Below are positions 10,098 to 18,929 of a stretch of DNA of 64,000 nt, piece after piece. The notes below the pieces were generated by a model. It searched no databases and was not told where the DNA came from. It worked only from the letters and a program-made list of their open reading frames with translations. Location of the stretch: contig CBDFLJ010000002.1 of NCBI GenBank assembly GCA_965248835.1, positions 2,336,001 to 2,400,000 on the forward strand, read 5' to 3'. Each line of letters starts with the position of its first letter. Positions within the stretch are counted from its first letter, which is position 1. The position numbers were made by a program, and so were the translations under genes. The stretch is from Alphaproteobacteria bacterium (GTDB lineage: Bacteria > Pseudomonadota > Alphaproteobacteria > MPNO01).

Positions 10098-10646
10098 GTG
10101 CCGCGTCGCCGGCCGGTTCCGAAGCGCAAACGGATTTTCGTCACGGCGGAGGGCGACGGCGACCGAGGCCTTGCGGTGTGGCTGCAGGGGCTGTGCGATG
10201 AACACGGCCTCCATCTCCATCTCGATGTCGTGGTCGCCGGCGGCGGAGACACCCGCCAAATTGTTGAGTTTGCCGTCGATCACCGGCGGCGACGTAACGA
10301 ATCTCGCTCACGGGACGAGGGGGCGCTGGTCTTTCTAGACGCGGACAGGCTCGCGCAGGACAAGGCCAATGGGCGCGATCCGGAGACGGTGGCGGGCCGC
10401 GAGCGTCTGCAGCTGGTTTACCTCAGGGTGAATCTCGAGGGGTTGCTGGTCCGCTTTCATGCCGGCTGCGAAACGCATTACCCGGGGGCGACCGAGGCAA
10501 GGAGTCGCCTGGAACAGCTCTGGCCGAAATACCTCAAGCCGATGTCCGCCGCCGCGCTGGGGCAGCGGTTTGGCCTGGACCATCTTCGCCGCGCCGCGGC
10601 GTACGACCCCGGTCTGCGCGACGCCCTCGCCCTGCTTGGCCTCTAG
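10098..10646 (+). CDS. RloB-like (TOPRIM-type) protein
   Basis: IFVTAEG, VFLDAD and NLEG motifs; 3 nt downstream of the AAA ATPase. Confidence 0.7.
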   Translation: MPRRRPVPKRKRIFVTAEGDGDRGLAVWLQGLCDEHGLHLHLDVVVAGGGDTRQIVEFAVDHRRRRNESRSRDEGALVFLDADRLAQDKANGRDPETVAGRERLQLVYLRVNLEGLLVRFHAGCETHYPGATEARSRLEQLWPKYLKPMSAAALGQRFGLDHLRRAAAYDPGLRDALALLGL

Positions 10647-10780
10647 CCGAGATGACCGGTCGGGCCGGGCAGCACCCATCTCCTGCACGCCTCTTTCATC
10701 CCTGCACGCTGCCCGCCGACCTTTGGTGCAGGTCAACCGTCGCCAATCGGTAAGCGTCCGGCGTGACCGGCCTTGCGTGA

Positions 10781-11005
10781 TCAGGCGTCAGCTTCGGGCT
10801 CTGTTGCCAGCGCGGTGTTCCATGGCAGCAGTTCGTCGATGCGGTTGATCTTGTAATCGGGGATGCGTTCGAGGACCTCGGCGAGCCAGGCCTGGGGGTC
10901 GACGTCGTTGAGCCTGGCGGTCTCGATCAGTGTGTAGGCGATAGCGGCAGCTCGGCCGCCGCTCGCCGAGCCCATGAACAGATAGTTCTTCCGGCCCAGC
11001 GCCAT
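10781..11005 (-). mobile_element. IS66 transposase C-terminal fragment
   Basis: [12 protein letters not shown]...[18 protein letters not shown]...IDELLPW. Confidence 0.9.
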
Positions 11006-11049
11006 CGTGCGTTCATTCTGCCCATATTGGGCAGGATTGCTTCGTCCAT

Positions 11050-11480
11050 TATCGCTGGCACGCGCATTTCGGACGGCGACTACTCCTTGAAGGCATCGAA
11101 CATCGTGCCGGCGGCTCTGTGGCCTCTGTCGTGGTGCAGCCCGGCCTGATCATCAAGATAGCCGCGTGGATGCTCGATCCGGCGGCCTGCGCCGGCATGG
11201 AGATCGGTGCACCTCGGGTGTCCCTGGCGGCGCTTGCCGCTCTCCATGAGCTTCTCGTTGCGCAAGGTTTGAGGCGAACCTTCCCCGGTGATCGGATCGT
11301 CATCGGGGAGAAGCACGATGAAGTCTTTGCCATCACCGCCGAGGTTGCCGAGTGAGTCTTGCCAACTGAGCATGCCCCTGGACGCACCCAAGCTGCGCGG
11401 GTTGAGCCGGAAGGAGCGGAACGCGGTGCTCGGCGCGCTTGCCGGGTTGTTGCTGGAGGCCGCGGAGGTCCCGATAAGGG
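11050..11480 (+). pseudogene. Remnants of small ORFs that typically precede large serine recombinase elements
   Basis: KIAAWMLDPAACAGM...VSLAALAALHELL and LRGLSRKERNAVLGALAGLLLEAA. Confidence 0.45.
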
Positions 11481-11483
11481 AGG

Positions 11484-11670
11484 ATGTCCCGCGACCGCAA
11501 CGGCACCTTCGTGCCTGTGATCGTGCCCAAGGGCGAACGGCGTCTCGACGGCTTCGACCACCGCATCCTGTCGCTCTATGCGCGCGGCATGACGGTACGA
11601 GAGATCCGCGGCCATCTGAAGGAGCTCTACGGCGTCGAGGTTTCGCCGGACCTGATCAGCCGGGTCCCGG
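11484..11670 (+). mobile_element. IS256 transposase internal fragment
   Basis: RDRNGTF...LSLYARGMTVREI..HLKELYGVEVSPDLISRV. Confidence 0.88.
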
Positions 11671-11901
11671 CCGGCAGGCAGACATATTCGGCAAAGCCGC
11701 CGTCGCGGTGGGCGCCGACATAGCCGCCGAATTTCGCGCACAGCGTCTCGCGCTCGCAACATCGCGAAGCCGCCGCCTGAAATTATCAACCAGGTGAGCC
11801 AGAGCCTCCGTTATTTTGGGCCCCACACTGTCTCAAATCATCTGACGACGGACAGTCCGGCGCCCCCGGCATCGCGATGGCGCCGGGGGTAGGTTAGAAT
11901 C

Positions 11902-12561
11902 GTGGCGGAAGTCGGATTTGGGAGAATGGTCGCCTTGAAAGCCGTCGCCAATCTCACCTTCGTCGCTCTTGCTACGGCCGTGCTCGTGGGGGGGTGTGCA
12001 TCCTCACCCCCGAAGCGGCAGGCGGATTTGTGCGCTGTCTTCGAGCAGTATCCCGACTGGTACGACTACGCCCGCGCCTCGGCGAAGAAATGGGGCACAC
12101 CTGTGCACATCCAGATGGCGTTCGTGCGCCACGAGTCGAGCTACCGGGCCACCGCGCGGCCGCCGCGCAAGTGGTTCCTGTTCATCCCACTGGGGCGTGC
12201 TTCTTCGGCCAAGGGCTATGCCCAGGCCCAGGACCCGGTGTGGGGCGAGTACCAGGAGGAGCGGGGCCGGCTGTTCAGGAGCCGTTCGGACATGGAAGAC
12301 GCGCTCGACTTCATCGGCTGGTACAACCACAAGACTTGGCGCCGGCTGGGCATTCCCCGTACCGACGCGTACCGGCTCTATCTTGCCTATCACGAAGGCC
12401 GGGGCGGCTACAGCCGCGGCAGCTGGAAGAAGAAGCCGAGGGTGCGGCGCTTCGCGGAGCGGGTAAGGGATACCGCCCGCAGCTACAAGTCGCAGCTCGC
12501 GCGCTGCGAGAAGCGCTTCCGTTGCGACTCCTGGTATCAGGTCTGGCCATTCTGCAGCTGA
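11902..12561 (+). CDS. Lipoprotein with transglycosylase SLT-like domain
   Basis: Lipobox-like VGGC; HESS catalytic Glu; SSAKGYAQA; YLAYHEG. Confidence 0.85.
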   Translation: MAEVGFGRMVALKAVANLTFVALATAVLVGGCASSPPKRQADLCAVFEQYPDWYDYARASAKKWGTPVHIQMAFVRHESSYRATARPPRKWFLFIPLGRASSAKGYAQAQDPVWGEYQEERGRLFRSRSDMEDALDFIGWYNHKTWRRLGIPRTDAYRLYLAYHEGRGGYSRGSWKKKPRVRRFAERVRDTARSYKSQLARCEKRFRCDSWYQVWPFCS

Positions 12562-12603
12562 CGGTCGAGGCCGGAGGGCTCCCGGGCTGCTTCCGCGCGT
12601 CCG

Positions 12604-12727
12604 GTTCCCCGGCGAGGAAGGCGCCGCGATCGATCGGTATATCCGTGAGCTCGACCGCCTTGCCGAGGCTCTCGACCCGCTCGACCTGCTCGACCGCGAG
12701 ATCGCCGAGAGTGCGCTGGACGATGCA
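12604..12727 (+). mobile_element. IS110-family transposase internal fragment
   Basis: PGEEGAAIDRYIRELDRLAEAL...LDREIAESALDD. Confidence 0.5.
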
Positions 12728-13095
12728 CGATGCAGGTCTGGACCGCGGCTTGTGGGATACGATCCGACAGGGTGGTGCCGCGCGTGCGGAAGCCCACAGG
12801 CTGTGTGACGCGCGACAACGGCTGACCCGTGTGTTGTTCGGCGCGGGGCTTCGATGCCGGCCGGCCTTTCAAGGAATTGATTTCGTTTGGATTGAAGGGG
12901 GCACCCTTCCGCATTTGACAACACTTTCGCAGAGCCGGAGAGGAAAAATCCTTCCATCGGTGGTAATATTTTGCCTATGATTACCTGCGAATTGGAGGCT
13001 ATCTGGGAAATGTCGAATAGAGCAACCAACGCGAGGAGGAATGCATGCTACGTCGCTTGATCGATGGGGCAGTGTTAACAATTCTGGCTTGATTT

Positions 13096-13482
13096 TTGAT
13101 TGTGCGGCTCGACGGCGGTCAGGTGGTGCTCGGGCTGGCTATTGCGGCGGTAATTGTCTTTACTGGCTGGCGCATTCATCGGCTGTGGCGAAAGTACCAG
13201 CGGCTGCTGCATGAGTTGGCGGCAGCGGAAGCGGCGAAACTGTCCGACGATCCGAAAGAGGTCGAACGGGCAGAACGGATCTTGGGTCAGCGCCGCATGA
13301 TGCACGCCGCCGACATGACTCTGATGAGCGGCTTTGTTTTGGGGGCCGCCGCGGCCAACGATTACGCGCCGATGGCGAATGGCGGGGGCGTGGGCGGCAA
13401 CTACGATGGGATTGGCAGCGACGGGGCTGGTGGCTTCGGAGGTGGCGATATGGGCGGTGGCTTTGGAGGTGGCGAGGGCTAA
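13096..13482 (+). CDS. Hypothetical single-pass membrane protein with Gly-rich tail
   Basis: One N-terminal TM helix; GGFGGGDMGGGFGGGEG C-terminus. Confidence 0.6.
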   Translation: MIVRLDGGQVVLGLAIAAVIVFTGWRIHRLWRKYQRLLHELAAAEAAKLSDDPKEVERAERILGQRRMMHAADMTLMSGFVLGAAAANDYAPMANGGGVGGNYDGIGSDGAGGFGGGDMGGGFGGGEG

Positions 13483-14122
13483 ACAGAAACACACGTTGCG
13501 CGGTCGATATCCTGCTGACCAGCCCCCCACTGACTGGTCCGGTTCGAGTGTTGCTGCAACCGACTTCTGCTGCGAGCCGATGTGCATATCGGGGGTGATC
13601 ATGGCGGCGGGCTCCATATAACGCGCGATGACGCGCGGTCGCCGGACCTGGAGATCGGTCTCGCCCGCCTGCCGCCGGCGAGCCGCCGGCCTCGTCCTCT
13701 CGATGGTGTCAGGGCCATGCCGGTAAAGCCGTCTGACACCATGGCTGATGTGCAGTGGGAAGGTCGCGAGCGAGGTGGCCGCCGCGCTCGAGAGGCGTCA
13801 GCGACCCGATGTCGAGCATGGGATCTGGTGCTAGGGTCGGAGTGAAGATCGCGCTCTCGGTGCGGGGCAATTCGCGTCCTTATTTGAACCATGAAAGGCG
13901 TTTTGGAGGGTGCCGCGACGAAGCCGAAAAATGGCGGCGCCGGAAGAAATCTACGACAAACGCGCACCTGGGTGCGCTGGCGTTGTAACGAATTCGGTTT
14001 CAGAATGATTACGAAAGTTTGAAATCAGATTTTCAGCCACAACCGGGCATAGTATATTTTCATAATATAATCAGAATGATAGAAGATTTTTGAGCCCACC
14101 AAAACCGAATTACATAACACAA

Positions 14123-14260
14123 CTGTGCCGCAGGTCATGGATGCGCACGTCGTCGAACCGAGCGCGCGCCCGGATGCGCCGCCAGGGGTGTTGCAGGTCG
14201 ATCAGATGGCTTCCGGGCTTGCGGCCCGCGATCACCCAGAGGTTGCCGTCAGGGTCGCCC
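14123..14260 (-). pseudogene. Tyrosine recombinase fragment (copy 1)
   Basis: WVIAGRKPGSHLIDLQHPWRRIRARARFDDVRIHDLRHS. Confidence 0.8.
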
Positions 14261-14299
14261 CTACGACCCCGACCGTCCGGCGCTGTTCCAGCCCCTGAG

Positions 14300-14358
14300 C
14301 GCGCCGCGTATTCACAGGGTGCGTTGAGGATCGGGCGGTCAAAGAAGCTATCCGTCAT
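14300..14358 (-). pseudogene. 5' remnant of a type III restriction enzyme Res-like helicase
   Basis: MTDSFFDRPILNAPCEY resembles the FFExPILNSPYEYP N-terminus of that family. Confidence 0.5.
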
Positions 14359-14380
14359 TTCCCAAGTTTCCGGCCCCTCA

Positions 14381-14671
14381 TCACGCCGCCGGCGACAGCC
14401 GCTCGACCTTGATGCGGTTCGCCTTCTTCATCGCCTGGGCCAACTCGTAGGCCGACTGAAGCCGGTACCAGGTCGCCGCGCCGCCGCCGAACGCCTTGTC
14501 GAGGCGGATCGCCATCTCCGGCGAAATGCCGGAGCGGCAGTTCACGATATCCGAAAGCTGCTTGCGGCTGACCCCGAGCTTGCGCGCCGCCTCCGTTACG
14601 CTGAGGCTCAAGGGCTCCAGACAGTCGTGACGCACGGACAGGCCCGGATGGGGTGGGTTCTTCATCGGCAT
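14381..14671 (-). CDS. higA: HigA family antitoxin
   Basis: [35 protein letters not shown]. Confidence 0.95.
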   Translation of the reverse strand: MPMKNPPHPGLSVRHDCLEPLSLSVTEAARKLGVSRKQLSDIVNCRSGISPEMAIRLDKAFGGGAATWYRLQSAYELAQAMKKANRIKVERLSPAA

Positions 14672-14683
14672 GTCCTGATCCTC

Positions 14684-14962
14684 CTAGTGATCGTCAATCA
14701 GGTCCACATCCCTGACATCGCGACTCTCGAAACGGAAGACGATGCGCCAGTTGCCGGACACCCTGACCGCCCAACAACCCTCCAGATCGCCTTTCAGCGG
14801 GTGCAGTCCGAAGCCCGGCAGGTTCATGTCCGCAGGCTTGGCCGCTTCGTCGAGACGGGCGAGAACGCGTTCGACCTTGGCGACCAGATTAGCCGAGACC
14901 CGCTTGCGGTCTCCCTTCTCGAACAAGCGTTCGAGACCCCGGTGGCGAAAGCCAAGGATCAT
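14684..14962 (-). CDS. higB: HigB family (RelE-type) toxin
   Basis: FRHRGLERLF, LHPLKGD, WAVRVSGNWRIVFRF; last residues DDH instead of the usual DYH. Confidence 0.92.
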   Translation of the reverse strand: MILGFRHRGLERLFEKGDRKRVSANLVAKVERVLARLDEAAKPADMNLPGFGLHPLKGDLEGCWAVRVSGNWRIVFRFESRDVRDVDLIDDH

Positions 14963-15012
14963 CCACGAATATGTAACCTATCACTGGGCAGCTTACAAAT
15001 AGAGACGGAGGG

Positions 15013-15290
15013 TCACCCCGCGACTTCGGCGATCCGGCTCGCGATGCGATTTGCGGCGGACTTGACGGGGTCGTTGGCGAGGTAGGCGTAGCGGGCCGTC
15101 GTCTGGACCTGGGTGTGTCCGAGCAGCTTCCCGATCATGGTCAGGCTTTCGCCGAGGGCCAGCGCGCGGCTGGCGAAGCTGTGGCGCAGGTCGTGGATGC
15201 GCACGTCGTCGAGCCGAGCGCGCGCCCGGATGCGCCGCCAGGGGTGTTGCAGGTCAGTCAGATGGCTTCCGGGCTTGCGCGCGGCGCGAC
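15013..15290 (-). pseudogene. Tyrosine recombinase C-terminal fragment (copy 2)
   Basis: HDLRHSFAS...IGKLLGHTQVQTTARYA. Confidence 0.88.
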
Positions 15291-15300
15291 CGCCCGGGAC

Positions 15301-15390
15301 ATGAGGAGCCTCTGCGAACGCGACATCTGCACCAAGTTCATTACGCCTGCCCTGCGCGAGGCCGGGCGGGACGAGATTGCGCAAATCCAT
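15301..15390 (+). pseudogene. 5' remnant of type I restriction enzyme R subunit (EcoAI/EcoEI-like)
   Basis: MRSLCERDICTKFITPALREAG.D...QI. Confidence 0.7.
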
Positions 15391-15534
15391 AGACTCCCGA
15401 TTCGGGCCCGCAATGGCGGGCCGATCTCGGTCCCGACCGGCGCCCGGCGCGGCGGCTTCACCGGCAATTCGAAAATGGTCGGCGCATGGATCATCTGGCA
15501 CATTGCGGCGTCTCGACAGCAGGGGAACCCGATC

Positions 15535-16391
15535 ATGGCCTCGAACGGCACGCGCGACGGCGGCACCGTCAAGGCGCTGTGGCGCTACCCGGTCAAGTCC
15601 ATGGCCGGCGCCAGGCTCGATGAGGCGCTGATCACCGAGGGCGGCATCCAGGGCGACCGCGCCTATGCGGTGATCGACCGGACCAGCGGCAGGGTGGGAA
15701 GCGCCAAGACCCCGAAGAAGTGGGGCGCGCTGATGGCGCTCGCCGCCGATTTCGTCGCGCCGCCGCAGGCCGGCGCGCCGCCCCCGCCGGTGCGCATCGT
15801 CTGGCCCGACGGCAGCGCGGCCTCCAGCGACGGCGCAGACCTGGACGCGCGGCTCTCCGCGACCCTGGGCCGGCCGGTCACGCTGACGGCGGAGCGACCC
15901 GACACCGTCAGCCTCGAACGGCTCGATCCGCTCGCGGAAGACGAGACCATCGTCGATATCGGCGCGCTGATGATGGCAGGCCGGTTCTCCGACTATGCGG
16001 CGCTCCACCTGATGACCACGGCGAGCTTGGCGCGCCTTGCCGCGCTCCGCCCGGAGTCCAGATTTCGACCCGCGCCGCTTCCGAGCCCAACGTGATCATC
16101 GCCACGCCCGAGGGCGCGCGCGGCTTCGTCGAGAACGACTGGGTCGGAAGCGAGATCGCGATCGGTGACGCGGTACGGCTCCGGGTTTCCGACCCGACGC
16201 CGCGCTGCTCGATCCCGACCATCGCCCAGAAAGATCTGGACAAGGACCCGATGGTCTTGCGCACCATCGCCGCGCACAACAGCATTCCCGTCCCCGTGCT
16301 CGACGGCGCGCCGCTGCCGTGCGCCGGCGTCTACGCCTTCGTCGTCCGCGGCGGCACGGTGAGGCGGGGCGACGCGCTGCGGGTGACGTGA
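15535..16391 (+). pseudogene. MOSC domain protein, frameshifted near 16062-16085
   Basis: LWRYPVKSM, GDRAYAV and PRC motifs; the FDPRRFRPN motif is broken by two +1 bases. Confidence 0.8.
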
Positions 16392-16617
16392 GGCCGCGCC
16401 CGCCCAGCCCGCCCGGCCCGCAACGCTCAGCGCGGTCGCGGCCTGTCGTGACTCCGTCGCGGACGTCGTCGAGAAACAGGCCGCAGAGGGACGCGATGCG
16501 ATTCACCCTCCGGGTTCCGCTTCCGACCCGCCCTCCATCCGTCCCAACCCCGTAATACGGAACATGGAATCGCTGTGCAGAAGGTCCGGAGCCGGAGCTC
16601 ACCTGGGAAATGCGGGA

Positions 16618-17067
16618 TTAGATGTTTTCGTATGCCTTTACCGTGCCGCTCCCATAGATGCCCGCCACGAATGGAGCAGGCGTCTCTGCGGCAAAGCGGG
16701 CGATCCGACGTCTTCCGTTCACCAGCAGCTCGGCGATGTCCGGCCCTGTCGCGTTCTTCATCCGAATCACGATGACCCGCGCCGAATGCCGCCTGATGGC
16801 ATCGAGCTCGGCGGCCCGGTAGCGGACGTTCCTGTCCTTGGTGATCGCCACCCAACCCGTCCGTCCGACGAGCGCAACCCATTCCTCGTCCGGCGCATCG
16901 AGCGGAAGGTGGTCGTCATGCACCTCGACCTTCATCCCTTCCGAACGAAGCCGGCCGGCGATGATGTGCCTTCCGAGGTTGCGATCGAGGAAAAGGGTCG
17001 GCCCTTCAGGCTGCGGCCTGGAGCTCGCACCGGATCGCTTCTTCGATTTCCGCATTTTTGCGTTCAT
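16618..17067 (-). CDS. PIN-like toxin (VapC45-like)
   Basis: LFLDRNLG, DEEW, ITKDRNVR motifs. Confidence 0.85.
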   Translation of the reverse strand: MNAKMRKSKKRSGASSRPQPEGPTLFLDRNLGRHIIAGRLRSEGMKVEVHDDHLPLDAPDEEWVALVGRTGWVAITKDRNVRYRAAELDAIRRHSARVIVIRMKNATGPDIAELLVNGRRRIARFAAETPAPFVAGIYGSGTVKAYENI

Positions 17068-17698
17068 AGTCCCGCGCCAGGTCGCCGACCGACTCACCGG
17101 CCTTGTAACGCTCGGCGATGAGCTGGGTGGTGAGTCCGGTGCCGGCGATGACAGGCCGTCCGGCGGAGAGCGCCGGGTCGATGACGACCATCGCAGGCGC
17201 ATCGTCTATGGCGGTCCGGGTGAACGGATAGAGCTTGATGGGTATGCCATCGGGGTCGCGGTCGATGCGACGCAGGGCCGCGCTGATGATCTCCCGCATG
17301 GCCGTCTGGCCCGCCCGACTGATATTGATCAGGTTTCCGTATGCCGCGGTGAACAGATCCAGGCCGTCCGTTTCCAGTTCGTGGCTGATCAGCGGATGCC
17401 GCTCGTCGATCGGTCGCCGAGCGTGCTCCGCCAGATACTGGATCGCCCTTCGGACGCTCGGCATCTTGACCTCGTGCTTGCGCCGGATTGCGGCAAGAAC
17501 GTGAAGCTCCGTGAGATTGAGGAACGACAGCAGCGTCGGGGAGTGTTCGGGTACCGTGATCAGCGCCACATAACCTTCCCGGCCCACCGACCAGTAGCGA
17601 ATCGTGGCCGCCGGCACCGTGAGATAGTGCGCCGCCTCCGAGATCGTGTAGGCAGGCAGCTCTCGGGGATCGTCGTTATGCGTTCGGCGGCCGGCCAT
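17006..17698 (-). CDS. DUF433 antitoxin (VapB45-like)
   Basis: N-terminal HTH YTISEAAHYL and LSFLNLTE; C-terminal DUF433 IDPALSAGRPVI...AGES. Confidence 0.88.
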   Translation of the reverse strand: MAGRRTHNDDPRELPAYTISEAAHYLTVPAATIRYWSVGREGYVALITVPEHSPTLLSFLNLTELHVLAAIRRKHEVKMPSVRRAIQYLAEHARRPIDERHPLISHELETDGLDLFTAAYGNLINISRAGQTAMREIISAALRRIDRDPDGIPIKLYPFTRTAIDDAPAMVVIDPALSAGRPVIAGTGLTTQLIAERYKAGESVGDLARDYERKNAEIEEAIRCELQAAA

Positions 17699-18049
17699 GA
17701 GGGTTGCCTCCCAAATGCACGCGATCGTTTTTGAGTCAAAAGGGGTTATACCTCGATTGCCGTCCGCAGTCCATTGCGGCCGGCTGACAGCGAAAGAGAG
17801 AAAGAATTCCGGACTCGTGCATCCTGGCGCGGCGAAGGGCGGTTTTTCGGGTAAGCAGAGCCGAAGTATCGATTGGTCCGCCGGAGGGCTCCGCGGCAAG
17901 GTCTCGCCGGGCCAATCCTCGTGCGGCCCGCGGCGGCCGCCGGGAAGCCTTGATCCGGACTTCGATACTGGAGCCGTAAGAACCCTTATGCGACATCGGT
18001 GGTGGACGGGCGGCTCAGCCGACGCGTTCGTCCTGCACCATCTTGGGAC

Positions 18050-18432
18050 GCTTGTCGATCGGGGCGAGGGGTCCGCCCGCCTGCTCCTATTGGAAAGCGC
18101 TCGCCCGAGCCGCCGCCGGCCGAGGTCTCTCCCTGGTCTGCGACCCGGATGCGGCGTAAGCCCGGGACGTTTGATCATTCCGCCCGACCGGCTGTTTCGA
18201 GAGGGGGATTGTTAACCTTGGAAAGCGGATCGCGTTCGGCACCTCGCGCAGGTCGACGCTCGGCTCGCGGCCCCGCTGCGCCGGCTTCGGCGGCTCGACG
18301 AAATCGGTCAGACCGCTCGTTGAGGGCTTCGTCTTCCGCGCGGCGGCCATGCGGCCTCGCGTCTGCCGTGTCCGCATGCACGGGGTGAATCGCCAAACCG
18401 GACCGATCGGAACTCCCTTTCTCAAACGGTCG
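18050..18432 (-). mobile_element. Degenerate IS5-family (IS1031-like) element
   Basis: End sequence TTTCTCAAACGGTC; DLREV.NAI motif; similar to 20638-20847. Confidence 0.7.
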
Positions 18433-18433
18433 C

Positions 18434-18829
18434 CTACAGGCCCGGGACGTCGAGCACTAGAACCAGGCCGCGGACCGCGGCGATAACAATTGCCGTCAGT
18501 GTCAACGCCATCCCGCCGGCGCGCCCGACCGGATTACCCTCCGTGAAGGACAGCGCCCAGCCGTGGGCAAGCCGGCCGACCAGCAACAGCCCGCCGATAA
18601 CGTGTAGCGAGGATTTGTCGGCGCCGCTGAGTTCCAGAAGTCCCATGAGGATGAGGGCCAGCGGCGCGTAGTCGACGAAATTTCCGTGGCCGCGGATCCG
18701 CCGTTGCAGCTCCAGGTTACCGCCATCGCCAAGGCTGATCGACGCGGTGCCGCGATAGCGGATCACCCGGATCGACAGGATGACGAACCAGAGCGCCAGC
18801 AGGCTGGTGTAGAGCAAGGTCACGGTCAT
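18434..18829 (-). CDS. MAPEG family membrane protein
   Basis: SLGDGG, RIRGHGNFVDYAP, GRLAH motifs. Confidence 0.92.
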   Translation of the reverse strand: MTVTLLYTSLLALWFVILSIRVIRYRGTASISLGDGGNLELQRRIRGHGNFVDYAPLALILMGLLELSGADKSSLHVIGGLLLVGRLAHGWALSFTEGNPVGRAGGMALTLTAIVIAAVRGLVLVLDVPGL

Positions 18830-18929
18830 TGCAGTCAGTCCTCGAAACGACGTTGCTTTAAGTAGTTGTACTTCCCTTGTCGCGCTTGAATCCGTCAGCC
18901 TTTATCCCTCGACGGAAACCAAGGCCCAA

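Noticed and set aside
12770-12870. Possible tmRNA or riboswitch-like structured RNA
   Set aside because: No tRNA-like ends or tag reading frame could be confirmed
13981-14124. AT-rich segment with AATTCGGTTT/AAACCGAATT inverted repeat, possible MITE or dif site
   Set aside because: Only a 10-bp match and no XerC/XerD consensus; more likely juxtaposed IS ends
18151-18164. 14-mer GCGGCGTAAGCCCG shared with the hairpin insertion at 19707-19720
   Set aside because: The rest of the hairpin is absent and it lies in decayed IS5 sequence; may be chance
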